Shown here: positions 17,138 to 26,865 of the stretch, in pieces | Numbering within the stretch: position 1 is the first letter of the stretch | How the letters are laid out: the number at the start of each line of letters is the position of its first letter | From: Synechococcus sp. CBW1108 | GTDB taxonomy: Bacteria; Cyanobacteriota; Cyanobacteriia; PCC-6307; Cyanobiaceae | Direction: 5' to 3' | Assembly (NCBI RefSeq): GCF_015840335.1 | Contig: NZ_CP060395.1 | Span: 1,609,277 to 1,649,276, forward strand | Length of the DNA: 40,000 nucleotides | Notes under the pieces: model-generated | The model's database searches: none | Told to the model about the DNA's origin: nothing | Seen by the model: only the letters and a program-made list of their open reading frames with translations | Made by a program: the position numbers and the translations under genes

Positions 17138-17338
17138 GCCAGGGGACGCACCGTGGCACACATGGCTAGCCTGCCCTCAACTTCGTAGGCCTAGTGAGAG
17201 ACCTCCGCGAGAGGACAAAGCAAAGGAGCGGGGACCACAACGCTCAGGTGCAGTTGCTTGGAAATCCAGACCCGTCAAGCTGGGCAGGATTGAGCAACAA
17301 CCAGTTTGGGCATAAATCAAACCCACACTCGCAATAAC

Positions 17339-17716
17339 ATGGAAATATTTAAGGACTTCACGTTTGAGGCCGCTCACTATCTGCCAAACGTCCCAGAAGG
17401 ACACAAATGCAGGCGACTTCACGGCCATTCCTTCAAGGTACGCATCTATGTGAAAGGGCCGACGGGATTGGAATCTGGTTGGGTGCAGGACTTTGCTGAA
17501 ATAAAAAGAGCCTTCAAGCCATACTACGAGCAACTAGACCACCATTACCTGAATGAGATAAAGGGGCTCGAAAATCCTACGTGTGAGAACCTAGCGGTCT
17601 GGATCTGGAGCAAGTTGAAAACAGACCTACCTCTATTGAGTCGCGTAGAGACCTTTGAGACTTGCACGAGTGGATGCATCTACTTCGGGCCGGACTTGGA
17701 AGGAGCTGAGCAATGA
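17339..17716 (+). CDS. queD: 6-carboxy-5,6,7,8-tetrahydropterin synthase QueD
   Basis: [34 protein letters not shown]...LDHHYLNEI is the classic QueD/PTPS signature. ATG at 17339 (internal to ORF 17306..17716). Confidence 0.85.
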   Translation: MEIFKDFTFEAAHYLPNVPEGHKCRRLHGHSFKVRIYVKGPTGLESGWVQDFAEIKRAFKPYYEQLDHHYLNEIKGLENPTCENLAVWIWSKLKTDLPLLSRVETFETCTSGCIYFGPDLEGAEQ

Positions 17717-19770
17717 AAGTAGTTGTTATCACGTCGTGCACTGGTGAAAAGACTGCTTCTCATAGCCGTCAGCTAACACTGGACGACTTCCAAGCAGGAC
17801 CGGAACATGTGCGAATGCGGGAGGCTGAACTCGCGGAGAATCTCGTTGACGCCGAAAGGCTCTACAGCGGCCAGCAACATCTTCGGCTGATGAGGGGAGT
17901 GGAGGCCTTCCGGTCGGCATATCCCCCCAATGGAACAGGACCAAGCCTTGATCTCCATATTCTCTCCGCAGGGTATGGCCTAGTACCAGGAGACAGGCAC
18001 ATCGCTCCATACGAGGCCACCTTTCAAGGGATGAAGGCCAAGGAGCTGGAGTCATGGGCATCCCAACTGCAGGTGGCTGCGTCATTGCGGAGGTGTCTTG
18101 ATCAACCTTATGACATAGGTCTTGTCCTCCTGGGCGACTCGTACCTCAAGGCTTGCCGGCTGGATGAGATTGAGAGAGTGGGAGGACCGACCCTGTTGTT
18201 ATGCGGAAAGAATGCCGCGGGCAGGATACCGAAAGTCGCCAATTTGAAGGTAGTCATTCTTACCAATGAAGAAGCTAAGCGCTTTTCATGCGGGTTAGTT
18301 GCGTTAAAAGGTGAAATGGCATCTCGAATCCTGCATGGTCTCGCAGACTCAACACTAGACCCCTTACAACTGGTGAATACTGATGAGCTTCTGGACGAGA
18401 TCTACCGCAACAATAAAGTGACACCAGGGACCCCTGGGCGGAGGGCTGCAACGCCAAAACCGGACGTTGATCAAGTTATTTCTCTACCGGACACCTGGCT
18501 CCAAAAGCCTCACAGGGAGAAGCTCAGCTACTTCATCCCAGAATGGGACGACCTGGTCGACCGTGATTTCGACTTTGGCAACGACATTCACTCAGGTGGA
18601 GGTGGAGATTGGTCAAACGAAGTCTATGCACATCAGCTGTATCCAGAACCAAACTATGATGGAATCTTGATTTCCAAAGTGGTAGCGGAAAAAAGCAAGA
18701 GGAAGAAAGAGCGCATCAATCGGCTTGGTGTACATCGTTATCTCCGTGTGCCACGCGAGTTTCCAATCATGGGAGACTGTGGGGCGTTTGGCTATATACA
18801 AGAAGCCGTTCCACCGTACAGCACAGAAGAAATTTTAGACTACTACACCCGCCTAGATTTTGACATGGGTGTATCTATTGATCATCTCATTGTATCTGCA
18901 ACAGAGTCCGTAAAGCAGGAGAGATATGGGCTTACTATCGCTAACGCGGAGGAGTTCCTTAAGGAACACAGAAAAGCAAAGCTTCCGTGGACACCAATCG
19001 GCGCCGTCCAAGGTTGGGATCCCAAAAGCTACGCAGCAGCGGCTAAGGACTATGTGGCCATGGGGTACCAGTACATCGGACTGGGTGGCCTCGTTAGAAC
19101 TTCAACCAGGGATATTCTTGAACTGTTGACGGCAGTTCATGAGGTGGTTCCATCCAATGTCAAGATCCATCTCTTTGGTCTGGCAAGAATAGATTCAATG
19201 AAGACTTTCTCTGATCTTGGGGTCAGCTCGGTTGATAGCGCCTCATTGCTCCGAAGGGCATGGATGGGTACAGGCCAGAACTATCTCAGCATTGAAGGTA
19301 AATTCTTCACCGCCATTCGCATTCCCGAAGCTAACAAGAGCTTTCGCGCCAAACGAATGGTCTCCGAGCGTCGAGCAAGCTCCTCAGAGGTCGAGAAGCT
19401 GGAACGGATATCACTCCATGCGCTACGCGAGTACGACGCTGGCAGAAAAAACATCGACGAGGTCCTCGATGCTGTAGAAGAGTATGACCGCCTAATTACA
19501 CCAGACCGAGATCCAACAAGAACTCTAATACGAGAAACACTAGAAGCCGCCCCCTGGAAGAGATGCCCTTGCGAGATCTGCAAACGCGATGGCATTGAGG
19601 TAGTGATCTTTAGGGGTAACAACCGTAATCGGCGCAGAGGATTTCATAATACTTATGTATTTTACCGTTTGCTTCAGAAAGTATTGGCTGGTGAGGCTGT
19701 GAGCTTCAAACGCAAACCGGACCAGCTGAACCTGTTTGGCGAGCCGGGGGAGATATCGGATGAGGTTTGA
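17713..19770 (+). CDS. fusion protein: uncharacterised N-terminal domain (about 230 aa) plus C-terminal TGT/DpdA-family transglycosylase domain with Zn motif
   Basis: C-terminal half carries TGT-family motifs: MGDCGAFGY (the DSGGFQ position), [11 protein letters not shown] (the GYAIGGL position), HLFGLAR...GVSSVDSAS (the nucleophile-Asp position) and CPCEIC...H (CxCxxC...H Zn site). N-terminal half reads ITSCTGEK...YSGQQH...ILSAGYGLV...IAPYEATF, which from memory resembles the DUF6884-type pattern. ATGA overlap with queD. Confidence 0.75.
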   Translation: MKVVVITSCTGEKTASHSRQLTLDDFQAGPEHVRMREAELAENLVDAERLYSGQQHLRLMRGVEAFRSAYPPNGTGPSLDLHILSAGYGLVPGDRHIAPYEATFQGMKAKELESWASQLQVAASLRRCLDQPYDIGLVLLGDSYLKACRLDEIERVGGPTLLLCGKNAAGRIPKVANLKVVILTNEEAKRFSCGLVALKGEMASRILHGLADSTLDPLQLVNTDELLDEIYRNNKVTPGTPGRRAATPKPDVDQVISLPDTWLQKPHREKLSYFIPEWDDLVDRDFDFGNDIHSGGGGDWSNEVYAHQLYPEPNYDGILISKVVAEKSKRKKERINRLGVHRYLRVPREFPIMGDCGAFGYIQEAVPPYSTEEILDYYTRLDFDMGVSIDHLIVSATESVKQERYGLTIANAEEFLKEHRKAKLPWTPIGAVQGWDPKSYAAAAKDYVAMGYQYIGLGGLVRTSTRDILELLTAVHEVVPSNVKIHLFGLARIDSMKTFSDLGVSSVDSASLLRRAWMGTGQNYLSIEGKFFTAIRIPEANKSFRAKRMVSERRASSSEVEKLERISLHALREYDAGRKNIDEVLDAVEEYDRLITPDRDPTRTLIRETLEAAPWKRCPCEICKRDGIEVVIFRGNNRNRRRGFHNTYVFYRLLQKVLAGEAVSFKRKPDQLNLFGEPGEISDEV

Positions 19771-20941
19771 TGTGCACCTCCGTAAGACGGTACAACGTCA
19801 ACTTGCTTCCGTTGCCCAATCCATGGCTGATTGGGATTCGCATCAAAGCAATGTCGATATTCAAAAACGCCTTGCCTCAGCGATTCGCCCCTTTAGTCAT
19901 ACAACACGTTGGACGGGATACTGCGGTGGTGTTGATGGTACGGGCGACTTTCCTGCGATTTCCTATGCCGACTCCTTCGTGTACGTGAGCGTGGCGGCAG
20001 GAGCTCTTTACCGGTCGGACCCCGTGAGTGGCCTTAAGGAACTCGAGCAGGAGGCAAGTCCGTTGGTGGAATTCACCTGGCTGACATCTAGCCACCAGCA
20101 GCGCCAGAGTGCGCTGTTGGCTTCATTTGAGCAACTGGTAGGGACATCGGTGGACGATGTACTTCAGCATTCTGACTATGCTGATCTTGGCTCTTCAAGT
20201 GTGGAGAAGCGCAGGATTAACTCACTGATCATCCCTCCAGCCTATGACGCTGGAAATCTGGGCATACAATTACGAACCACGGCAGAACTGGCCGTAGCTC
20301 TTAAATTGATCGAATCGGCGCCCAAGGGGACGCTAGTTCTTACCGATGGCACGATGTCGCTCCCGCTTGCGGGCCGCTCGAAGCAGAGCCTGTTCTTTGA
20401 GCATCTGCGCCGCTATTGCTGCGTTCGAGCACGGGAGCGGGGAGTGGTCTTCGCTTCTCTCTCGAAGTCGAGTGGCTTACCCACTGGAATCAGGATTGAG
20501 GATGCAGCTAAGGCCGCTCTAGGAATCAATGAACCGGAACACTGGTTCGTAAGAGTACCCACGAAACAGCTCGACGACTGGAGTCTGTTCCCAGATGATG
20601 GTCCGCAGGTTCCTCCGACGGGAGCGGTGAGCTACTTGGTTCGCTTGCACCGCAAAAGCCCGGTCATGCGGCTCGACCTTGATCAGCAGTACTGGCAATC
20701 CGCAATTGCCACAGGCGACGTCGAGAAGAATGAGCAAAAGCTGTTTGCTTCACTCGACTACGTGAGCCACGATCAGCGTTCCTATGGGTATCCTTATCCC
20801 ATCAAGGCAGCTCATGATCGTGCTTCTCTCACAGAACACGAACGTACAGTGTTGCGTCAACAACTTGTTGAGTCTGCCGTTCAAGCAGGCATATCTCGAG
20901 ATGCCTTTCGTGACCCTTCTCAAATGACCGGGCATCGATAG
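19760..20941 (+). CDS. nurA: NurA-domain nuclease
   Basis: GGVDGTGDF, LVLTDGTMSL and SYGYPYPIKAAHDRASLT match the conserved NurA motifs. ATG at 19760 overlaps the upstream gene by 11 nt (the ORF-track start at 19736 is TTG). Immediately upstream of herA. Confidence 0.7.
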   Translation: MRFDVHLRKTVQRQLASVAQSMADWDSHQSNVDIQKRLASAIRPFSHTTRWTGYCGGVDGTGDFPAISYADSFVYVSVAAGALYRSDPVSGLKELEQEASPLVEFTWLTSSHQQRQSALLASFEQLVGTSVDDVLQHSDYADLGSSSVEKRRINSLIIPPAYDAGNLGIQLRTTAELAVALKLIESAPKGTLVLTDGTMSLPLAGRSKQSLFFEHLRRYCCVRARERGVVFASLSKSSGLPTGIRIEDAAKAALGINEPEHWFVRVPTKQLDDWSLFPDDGPQVPPTGAVSYLVRLHRKSPVMRLDLDQQYWQSAIATGDVEKNEQKLFASLDYVSHDQRSYGYPYPIKAAHDRASLTEHERTVLRQQLVESAVQAGISRDAFRDPSQMTGHR

Positions 20942-20949
20942 GAGGCAGG

Positions 20950-22761
20950 ATGGCATCACTCGAGCAACTTGTAGAGATTCTAGGCCAACGGTTTGGCGTG
21001 TTAGCTGAAAGCAGCACAACGCAGCTCACCGTCATCGCTCAGAACTCTGATGTAGCGATTGGAGACCTGTTCCTATTGCCGTGTCGACGAGGACCAGATC
21101 GCTTCTATGTGTTCCGGGCAACCGAGTATGCCAATGTCCTGAATCGAACGATCGACATCGGCGACGTCGCGCGCAACAAGTTGACGATGCCTGACTCCTA
21201 TTTTTCTGAAAACCTTGCTGAAGAGCAGCTGGTGGAGTTACGAGGTTTGATTCTGGGCTATGCGCAGCACGATCAGGATCAAGACGTCTGGCTGTTCTAC
21301 CGGCCTAGACGCTTGCCACAGCATCTTACGGATGTGTTCCGAGTTGATCCAAGCCGTGATGCATGTGGCCACGTCGTGGGTGAACTCCTCAGGTCTCAAC
21401 TGGGCTCAGCTGGCCTCCATATCGGGAATCTGCTGGCTGGAGAGGACGCTCTGACATCAGTACCGGTTTATCTACCGATCGCTGCATTGGCACATCACCT
21501 GGCTGTGTTTGGCAGGACAGGCTGTGGTAAGAGCAACTTGATCATGACCCTGCTCCACGAAGTGCTTCGCCACAACTTGGAGGTTAACCGGGGGCAACTG
21601 ATCGAAAGACGAGCATCCATCTTTGCGATTGACCCACACGATGAATTTCGGACATGGCACTCCAATTCGGGAGGGGCGGATGGCATCAGAGGACTAGTCA
21701 CTGCTCTTTCTGAGGGCGAAACAGAAGAGCTAGCAGCCCCTTTCTACTACCTGACCTCTCGCGATGTCCTTGATGGTCCGCTGGAGGCCCGGGTAACCCT
21801 GTCGAGAGCTGATATCACGCCCGATGATGTCGTGAGCATCATGGACTTCTCCGAACAGCAGGTGGCGTTCGCAAGACAGTTGTTTGGTGAGCATGGGGAA
21901 CGGTGGATCGGACGGCTCTTTGCAGGGGACGTGGATGACCCGAATGGTGACGAGGGGGGAGCACAGTTCCTTCCGGGAAGCATTGCAGCGGTGGAACGGC
22001 GCATGGGTTTCCTCGCCCATGGCGCGACCCGCTTGGTGAGCAGGTTTGATCCAGACGCAGGTCTGGCTTATCAGTCCAAGTTGCCTGACATCCTGTCCTC
22101 ACTCGAGCGAGGGCGACTGCTGATCGTGGACACGACTCTCCTAGGCGAACTCGAGCAGTTTTTGCTAAACACGATTGTCGCCCGTACACTGTTTGCTATG
22201 CGAAGAGCACTCCGTCTGGCCGATACCCCAGAGCGCCTGCGGCACGAGCTGTTTGGAGTCCTCGGAGTAGATGACGAAAACGGACGCATCGGACAGCGGA
22301 CCCTCGCTGACTCTCTATGGGAGCGCATTGAAAATGATGACGTTCCGTACCTTGATGGTACAAGGGTTCGCTCACCCGATGAACTGCCAGTCGTTCATAT
22401 TCTTGTTGAAGAAGCGCCGAGTGTTCTAAACCCTGTACGAATGAAGTTCGGAAGCGTCTTCCGCGACATCAGCCGTCAAGGTCGAAAGTTTGGCATTGGC
22501 CTGGGGTTAGTTAGCCAACAGGTTTCGGAGATCGATCGGGGGATTTTGACGCAGGTAAATACGCAGCTTACAATGGCACTAGGTAATGCAGATGAACGAC
22601 GTGAGGCTGTGCGAGTTGCCTCTACAGATATCGGCGGCTTTGCCCAGGAGCTACAAGTCCTTAGCCGCGGACAATTGGTGATGTCTACCAGTCTAAGAGA
22701 TGTAGCTTTGCCTGTACAAGTTGCAAGTTATGAGGGGACGAGAAGTAGACATGGCTGGTGA
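20950..22761 (+). CDS. herA: HerA/FtsK-class ATPase (HerA helicase-like)
   Basis: Walker A FGRTGCGKSN, Walker B-like VVHILVEEAPS, RKFGIGLGLVSQQVSEID...VNTQLTMAL is the typical HerA C-terminal region. GGAGG Shine-Dalgarno sequence at 20941-20945. Confidence 0.8.
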   Translation: MASLEQLVEILGQRFGVLAESSTTQLTVIAQNSDVAIGDLFLLPCRRGPDRFYVFRATEYANVLNRTIDIGDVARNKLTMPDSYFSENLAEEQLVELRGLILGYAQHDQDQDVWLFYRPRRLPQHLTDVFRVDPSRDACGHVVGELLRSQLGSAGLHIGNLLAGEDALTSVPVYLPIAALAHHLAVFGRTGCGKSNLIMTLLHEVLRHNLEVNRGQLIERRASIFAIDPHDEFRTWHSNSGGADGIRGLVTALSEGETEELAAPFYYLTSRDVLDGPLEARVTLSRADITPDDVVSIMDFSEQQVAFARQLFGEHGERWIGRLFAGDVDDPNGDEGGAQFLPGSIAAVERRMGFLAHGATRLVSRFDPDAGLAYQSKLPDILSSLERGRLLIVDTTLLGELEQFLLNTIVARTLFAMRRALRLADTPERLRHELFGVLGVDDENGRIGQRTLADSLWERIENDDVPYLDGTRVRSPDELPVVHILVEEAPSVLNPVRMKFGSVFRDISRQGRKFGIGLGLVSQQVSEIDRGILTQVNTQLTMALGNADERREAVRVASTDIGGFAQELQVLSRGQLVMSTSLRDVALPVQVASYEGTRSRHGW

Positions 22762-24541
22762 ACGTAAAGGACTAACCTACGAAGCTATTGTCAGGATCGC
22801 GCTTGACAAACTTGCCACACAGACTAAGGATTCACGCAATATCTTCTGGAATGCAAAGCCTGCTTCAATGACCATTGAGCCAGACTTTACTATTGGCCAA
22901 GAGGCTAATTCACCAGATGCAGTAATACTGGTAACGCATAGTGGCTCTGCCAAAGATTCTGAGAAGAAGTTCTGGAGGAATCTTGGAGAGCTCGTCGAGG
23001 CTAAGACAAGGCTTCTAAAGTCCCCTCTCGTCTACTCAATTGCTTTTGACTCAGTCATCAAGGAAGATCTCAAGCAGATACAGGCCTGTGCATTTGATGG
23101 CCAACTTGTAGTTGGTGATCACGCCTATGGATCAGCACTTCTAAGTTTTGTCTCGCAGTTCCACAATAAACTACCAAAGGACAAGGACGACAAGGTTGAT
23201 GCAATCAAGAATATAATATCAGATCGCGACTATTCTGATATTCTGAATGCGATCCTTCGACTGTCTGAACATATAGCAGACCTGCTAATTGGCCAAAATG
23301 ACGACCTCCAAGGAGCATGGGAGCTCCATAAGAGTCACGTTGCGGGCCGGATGCCAATGGCGCATGATTCATTAGTTAGACGTGGCATGCTCAAAGCAGC
23401 TCTTCTTGGAGAAATACCGGACCATTCAAAGCCAATGTCGAAAACGGCAACACTCATTGCGCAACAACTTCGACTGGCGCGTAAGGAAGATATCGCTACT
23501 CGCTCGATTGTAGGTTCGCGATTAGCTGACAAAGACCTGGTCTGGTTATCAAGGTCCAATCTAAATGCGATTGATGTCGCTAGGCTTGTTGAAAAGTTTG
23601 GGACTCAAGGATTCCAACGTCAGCTCATAAAGCTAAGATCTGTAGCACTACTTCCTGAGTTCTTGAGATATACACAGGCAAACCGATCAAAGCTCATTAC
23701 TCCAGAAGGGATGAAAGCTGCTTTGCAACAGCTTCATAAAGATCCATCTGACGCACTCTCGATCCAAGACGGAATTCCGTCCCCATCCACTGTCTGGATG
23801 TATGACTTTATTGCAGCAGTTGTAAAGGCTCGTTCAAAACGAGCGCAAGACTTCGGCTACTCCACGTTCGCGAAGTCACCGGATCCCAAAGGAAGAATGA
23901 TAGGCAATATGGATGTCGGCACATGGTGCAGTTGCTTCATGAACCAGTATTTTAACCGGAGTCCTAATTTTAGTGCCCCACCTGCTGCAATTGAACATTG
24001 CGCATCCATTCTTGCAGGTGCCCTTGCATCTGGTGATCCAGCCGAACTCAGGGGACCTATCGATGAGATCAGAGAACAATATATCAATAAAGAACTTGAG
24101 GTGGGCCTGCTTACTCATCGCGGATTCGATCCAGTTGGCTCGCTTATTATTGAAGCTCTTGAAGAGGCAGGTCTATCCCACCAATTAGAAACATGTCCAG
24201 GTATTTTTGCAGAACGTGCAAGATGCGATGGCCGCATCAGCAATCAACGCTCAGGTTCGACAACCTTGCTACGAACTAAGAATACATTGGTCAACTGGCA
24301 GTCTGCACATGACTCTCATACCAATGACAAGCGAAAGGAACTATGCGGTCGCATATCAGCAATTCGTTATTCCTGGAACCCCGTAGAAAGCAGGTGCACA
24401 AAAAAGGAAGGAATAGATAAGTTTATCTTAGTTGTTGACGGAACATGGTGTGAGGCCGACTTGCAAGCACTTGCAGCTTCTGGTTGGGACGAGATCTACT
24501 ATCCAGACGAAGTGGCAATCCTTATTAAGGCAATCGTCTGA
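22751..24541 (+). CDS. hypothetical protein (596 aa), no family recognised; possible nuclease-like terminal domains
   Basis: ATG at 22751 overlaps herA by 11 nt. N-terminus EPDFTIG...DAVILVTHSGSAKDSEKKFWRNLGEL and C-terminus TLVNWQSAHDSHTNDKRKELCGRI share a similar motif, which might indicate a restriction-endonuclease-like fold. This is very tentative. Confidence 0.6.
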   Translation: MAGERKGLTYEAIVRIALDKLATQTKDSRNIFWNAKPASMTIEPDFTIGQEANSPDAVILVTHSGSAKDSEKKFWRNLGELVEAKTRLLKSPLVYSIAFDSVIKEDLKQIQACAFDGQLVVGDHAYGSALLSFVSQFHNKLPKDKDDKVDAIKNIISDRDYSDILNAILRLSEHIADLLIGQNDDLQGAWELHKSHVAGRMPMAHDSLVRRGMLKAALLGEIPDHSKPMSKTATLIAQQLRLARKEDIATRSIVGSRLADKDLVWLSRSNLNAIDVARLVEKFGTQGFQRQLIKLRSVALLPEFLRYTQANRSKLITPEGMKAALQQLHKDPSDALSIQDGIPSPSTVWMYDFIAAVVKARSKRAQDFGYSTFAKSPDPKGRMIGNMDVGTWCSCFMNQYFNRSPNFSAPPAAIEHCASILAGALASGDPAELRGPIDEIREQYINKELEVGLLTHRGFDPVGSLIIEALEEAGLSHQLETCPGIFAERARCDGRISNQRSGSTTLLRTKNTLVNWQSAHDSHTNDKRKELCGRISAIRYSWNPVESRCTKKEGIDKFILVVDGTWCEADLQALAASGWDEIYYPDEVAILIKAIV

Positions 24542-24543
24542 CC

Positions 24544-26859
24544 ATGATTACTCTTGCTGATCTCATTCGAGCTGTCTCGAGCTTCCGCCCTCCACCGGAC
24601 TCACAACAGTTTCAAGCTGTTAATAGCTCCGCAAATACTGGTCTTTTCATCGTTGCGGGTCCAGGAACAGGCAAAACAGCAAGTATCACACTTCGAATTC
24701 TTAAGTTGGCGCTTGTCGATGGAATTCCACCTCGCGGTATTCTTGCAACGACCTTTACGAAGAAAGCAGCCGAAGAGTTACGCTCTAGAATCCTGGGTTG
24801 GGGGTTTAGGATCATCGATGCGTTAAGGGAAGATAAAACTCTCTCACTAGATCAAGCTGCATTTCTGGGCTCTATCGATATCAATCAGATTCGAACTGGA
24901 ACAGTCGATAGCCTTTGCGAGCAACTCCTGCGTGAGTTTCGAGCACCAGGTACACAACCACCAGTACTTGTCGATGACTTCGTCAGCAAGACCCTCATGC
25001 TACGGGAAGGAATGTTTGGTGATGGCCGGTATCAGAACAATGATCTAGACGCATTCCTACTTGATCTCCACTCAGAGACGGGCAGTAGGTACAATTTCCA
25101 CGCCGGCACTAAGTCGGCAATCGTCAAACAGATTTGGGAGAGGAGATTCCAGGATCAAGTTGATTGGCACAGCTTCTCAACCCTAGGCCCAGCCGTCGAG
25201 CAGCTAGCCAGAACAAAGCTGGAGGAAGCACATAGTGCCTATGAGTCAGCGTTGTCATCAGCGGGCTTGGTTGACTTCTCCCTGCTGGAGAATGAAGTAC
25301 TCCAGCGGTTGAAGGCTGGCCAACTCACCGAGTTCACGGATCAGCTGCAAGTTGTGCTGGTCGATGAGTACCAGGACACCAATCTCCTTCAGGAAGAACT
25401 TTACTTTGAGCTAGCCAATGCCTGTGGCGGGGCTCTCACTGTTGTTGGAGATGATGACCAGAGCCTCTATCGATTTCGTGGAGCAACTGTTGACCTCTTC
25501 AGAGACTTCCCCACTCGCTACAATCAACGGTTTGAAGAAGAGCCAGAGCAGGTCTTTCTTGCCAACAACTATAGATCGAGTAAAAGTATTATCTCTTTCG
25601 TTAATGGATACGCAACCCTGGATGCGGGCTACCAGGCCGTGCGTGTTTCTGGGAAGCCACCCTTGGCACATGGCCCCAAGGCTCCAGACGGGATCCCTGT
25701 GCTTGGCATGTTTCGCGACACACTTGACCTCCTGGCTACAGATCTTGCTGCCTTCATCCATGACGTGTTTCGTGGCACTGGCAGCGCAGTCCCTGGCGGC
25801 CGCGTCAAATCTGACCCTACTGGGGGTAATGTTGGAGATTGTGCATTGCTCTGTAGCAGCCCTGCTGAGTACTCCGCATCCGACAGGCCACGGCTTCCCT
25901 TGCTTCTCCGCCAAGAGCTAGCTTCGCTGAATCCTCCAATCGATGTTTTTAATCCGCGTGGAGAAGAGATCGCAACAGTCGAAGTCGTTGAGCGCTTTGG
26001 AGGCCTGCTCTTAGAAGCTCTTGATCCTGGTGGGGTGGTCCAAGGCCAGACGAATGGAATCTCCCTAAATGCCCAGCAGGTTTTTACCGTTTGGAGACAA
26101 CGAGCTATAAATTACACCCAGGATCCCTCAGCACCTATGGGTCTTTTGGCCTATGCGCAAGGGTGGGCGAATCGAGACCCTGCAAGGAATGGCTATCGAT
26201 GGCCTGGTAGTACTTCAGTAATTGAACTAGTTTACGGACTCGTTCACTACTTTCCTGAACTTCATGATGACCCTGAGGGCCAGGTCTACCTCGAGGTTTT
26301 CACCCGTCAACTTGGTGCCTGTGCACAAGTTGGCAAGTTTGATGGTCGGGTTGTTGCTGACCCCTCAAATGTAGATCTTTCAGATGCATCTATTAAGGAA
26401 CTGCTACGAGACTTTCTCTCTCCCATTGCCGATGGGGTTGTGGGTGTCAATGAAGACCTGATGGAGTCATTTCCTAGAAATCGCCTTTCTGTTCTCTCAA
26501 TTCACCAGTCAAAAGGTCTTGAGTTTCCGTTAACCATCGTTGACGTTGGCTCTGATTTCAAAGACTTGCGATCTCCAAAATTCAAGCGTCACCCAGACGC
26601 AGGCTCACCAGCTCACAGGATGGAGAATCTGCTTCGCCAGAACTCCGCCCTTGGCGTACCAACACGGTCAGAGGTTAATCGAGCATTTGATGACCTCTAT
26701 CGCCAGTTCTTCGTCGCCTTCTCTCGACCCCAGGATGTTCTCCTGCTTGTGGGGGTGACACCCACTCAACCTGGAGGCCGTGTTCCGAATGTTGCGACAG
26801 GTTGGGATAGAGACGGAGTCTGCCGATGGGCAAGGAATCTTCCATACCAGCTGATTTAA
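24544..26859 (+). CDS. UvrD/Rep/PcrA-type superfamily 1 helicase
   Basis: Walker A AGPGTGKT, ATTFTKKAA, VLVDEYQDTN, VGDDDQSLYRFRGA, NYRSS, SIHQSKGLEF and FFVAFSRP form the full SF1A motif set. Starts 3 nt after the previous stop. Confidence 0.85.
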   Translation: MITLADLIRAVSSFRPPPDSQQFQAVNSSANTGLFIVAGPGTGKTASITLRILKLALVDGIPPRGILATTFTKKAAEELRSRILGWGFRIIDALREDKTLSLDQAAFLGSIDINQIRTGTVDSLCEQLLREFRAPGTQPPVLVDDFVSKTLMLREGMFGDGRYQNNDLDAFLLDLHSETGSRYNFHAGTKSAIVKQIWERRFQDQVDWHSFSTLGPAVEQLARTKLEEAHSAYESALSSAGLVDFSLLENEVLQRLKAGQLTEFTDQLQVVLVDEYQDTNLLQEELYFELANACGGALTVVGDDDQSLYRFRGATVDLFRDFPTRYNQRFEEEPEQVFLANNYRSSKSIISFVNGYATLDAGYQAVRVSGKPPLAHGPKAPDGIPVLGMFRDTLDLLATDLAAFIHDVFRGTGSAVPGGRVKSDPTGGNVGDCALLCSSPAEYSASDRPRLPLLLRQELASLNPPIDVFNPRGEEIATVEVVERFGGLLLEALDPGGVVQGQTNGISLNAQQVFTVWRQRAINYTQDPSAPMGLLAYAQGWANRDPARNGYRWPGSTSVIELVYGLVHYFPELHDDPEGQVYLEVFTRQLGACAQVGKFDGRVVADPSNVDLSDASIKELLRDFLSPIADGVVGVNEDLMESFPRNRLSVLSIHQSKGLEFPLTIVDVGSDFKDLRSPKFKRHPDAGSPAHRMENLLRQNSALGVPTRSEVNRAFDDLYRQFFVAFSRPQDVLLLVGVTPTQPGGRVPNVATGWDRDGVCRWARNLPYQLI

Positions 26860-26865
26860 CCTGCC

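Noticed and set aside
17070-17338. Looked for a tRNA/tmRNA gene, att-type direct repeats, a preQ1 riboswitch or a clear promoter upstream of queD. Also looked for tRNAs at 12.4-12.9 kb and 35.1-35.25 kb.
   Set aside because: I saw no cloverleaf-compatible sequence or GTTCGAATC-type T-loop. The only gttcgaacc (about 33833) is inside the helicase CDS. TTGAGC (17290-17295) and CATAAA (17311-17316) give only a weak -35/-10 pair with 15-nt spacing. I could not match a preQ1 riboswitch consensus by eye. These need tRNAscan, Infernal or a dot-plot.
25411-25921. Mirror-image 167-aa ORFs on both strands inside the UvrD-like gene, and other 60-120 aa ORFs inside island genes (e.g. 17729..18085-, 19281..19622-, 21839..22189-, 33639..34001-).
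   Set aside because: They lie in alternative frames of genes with complete helicase or enzyme motif sets, and they have no start context or motifs of their own.
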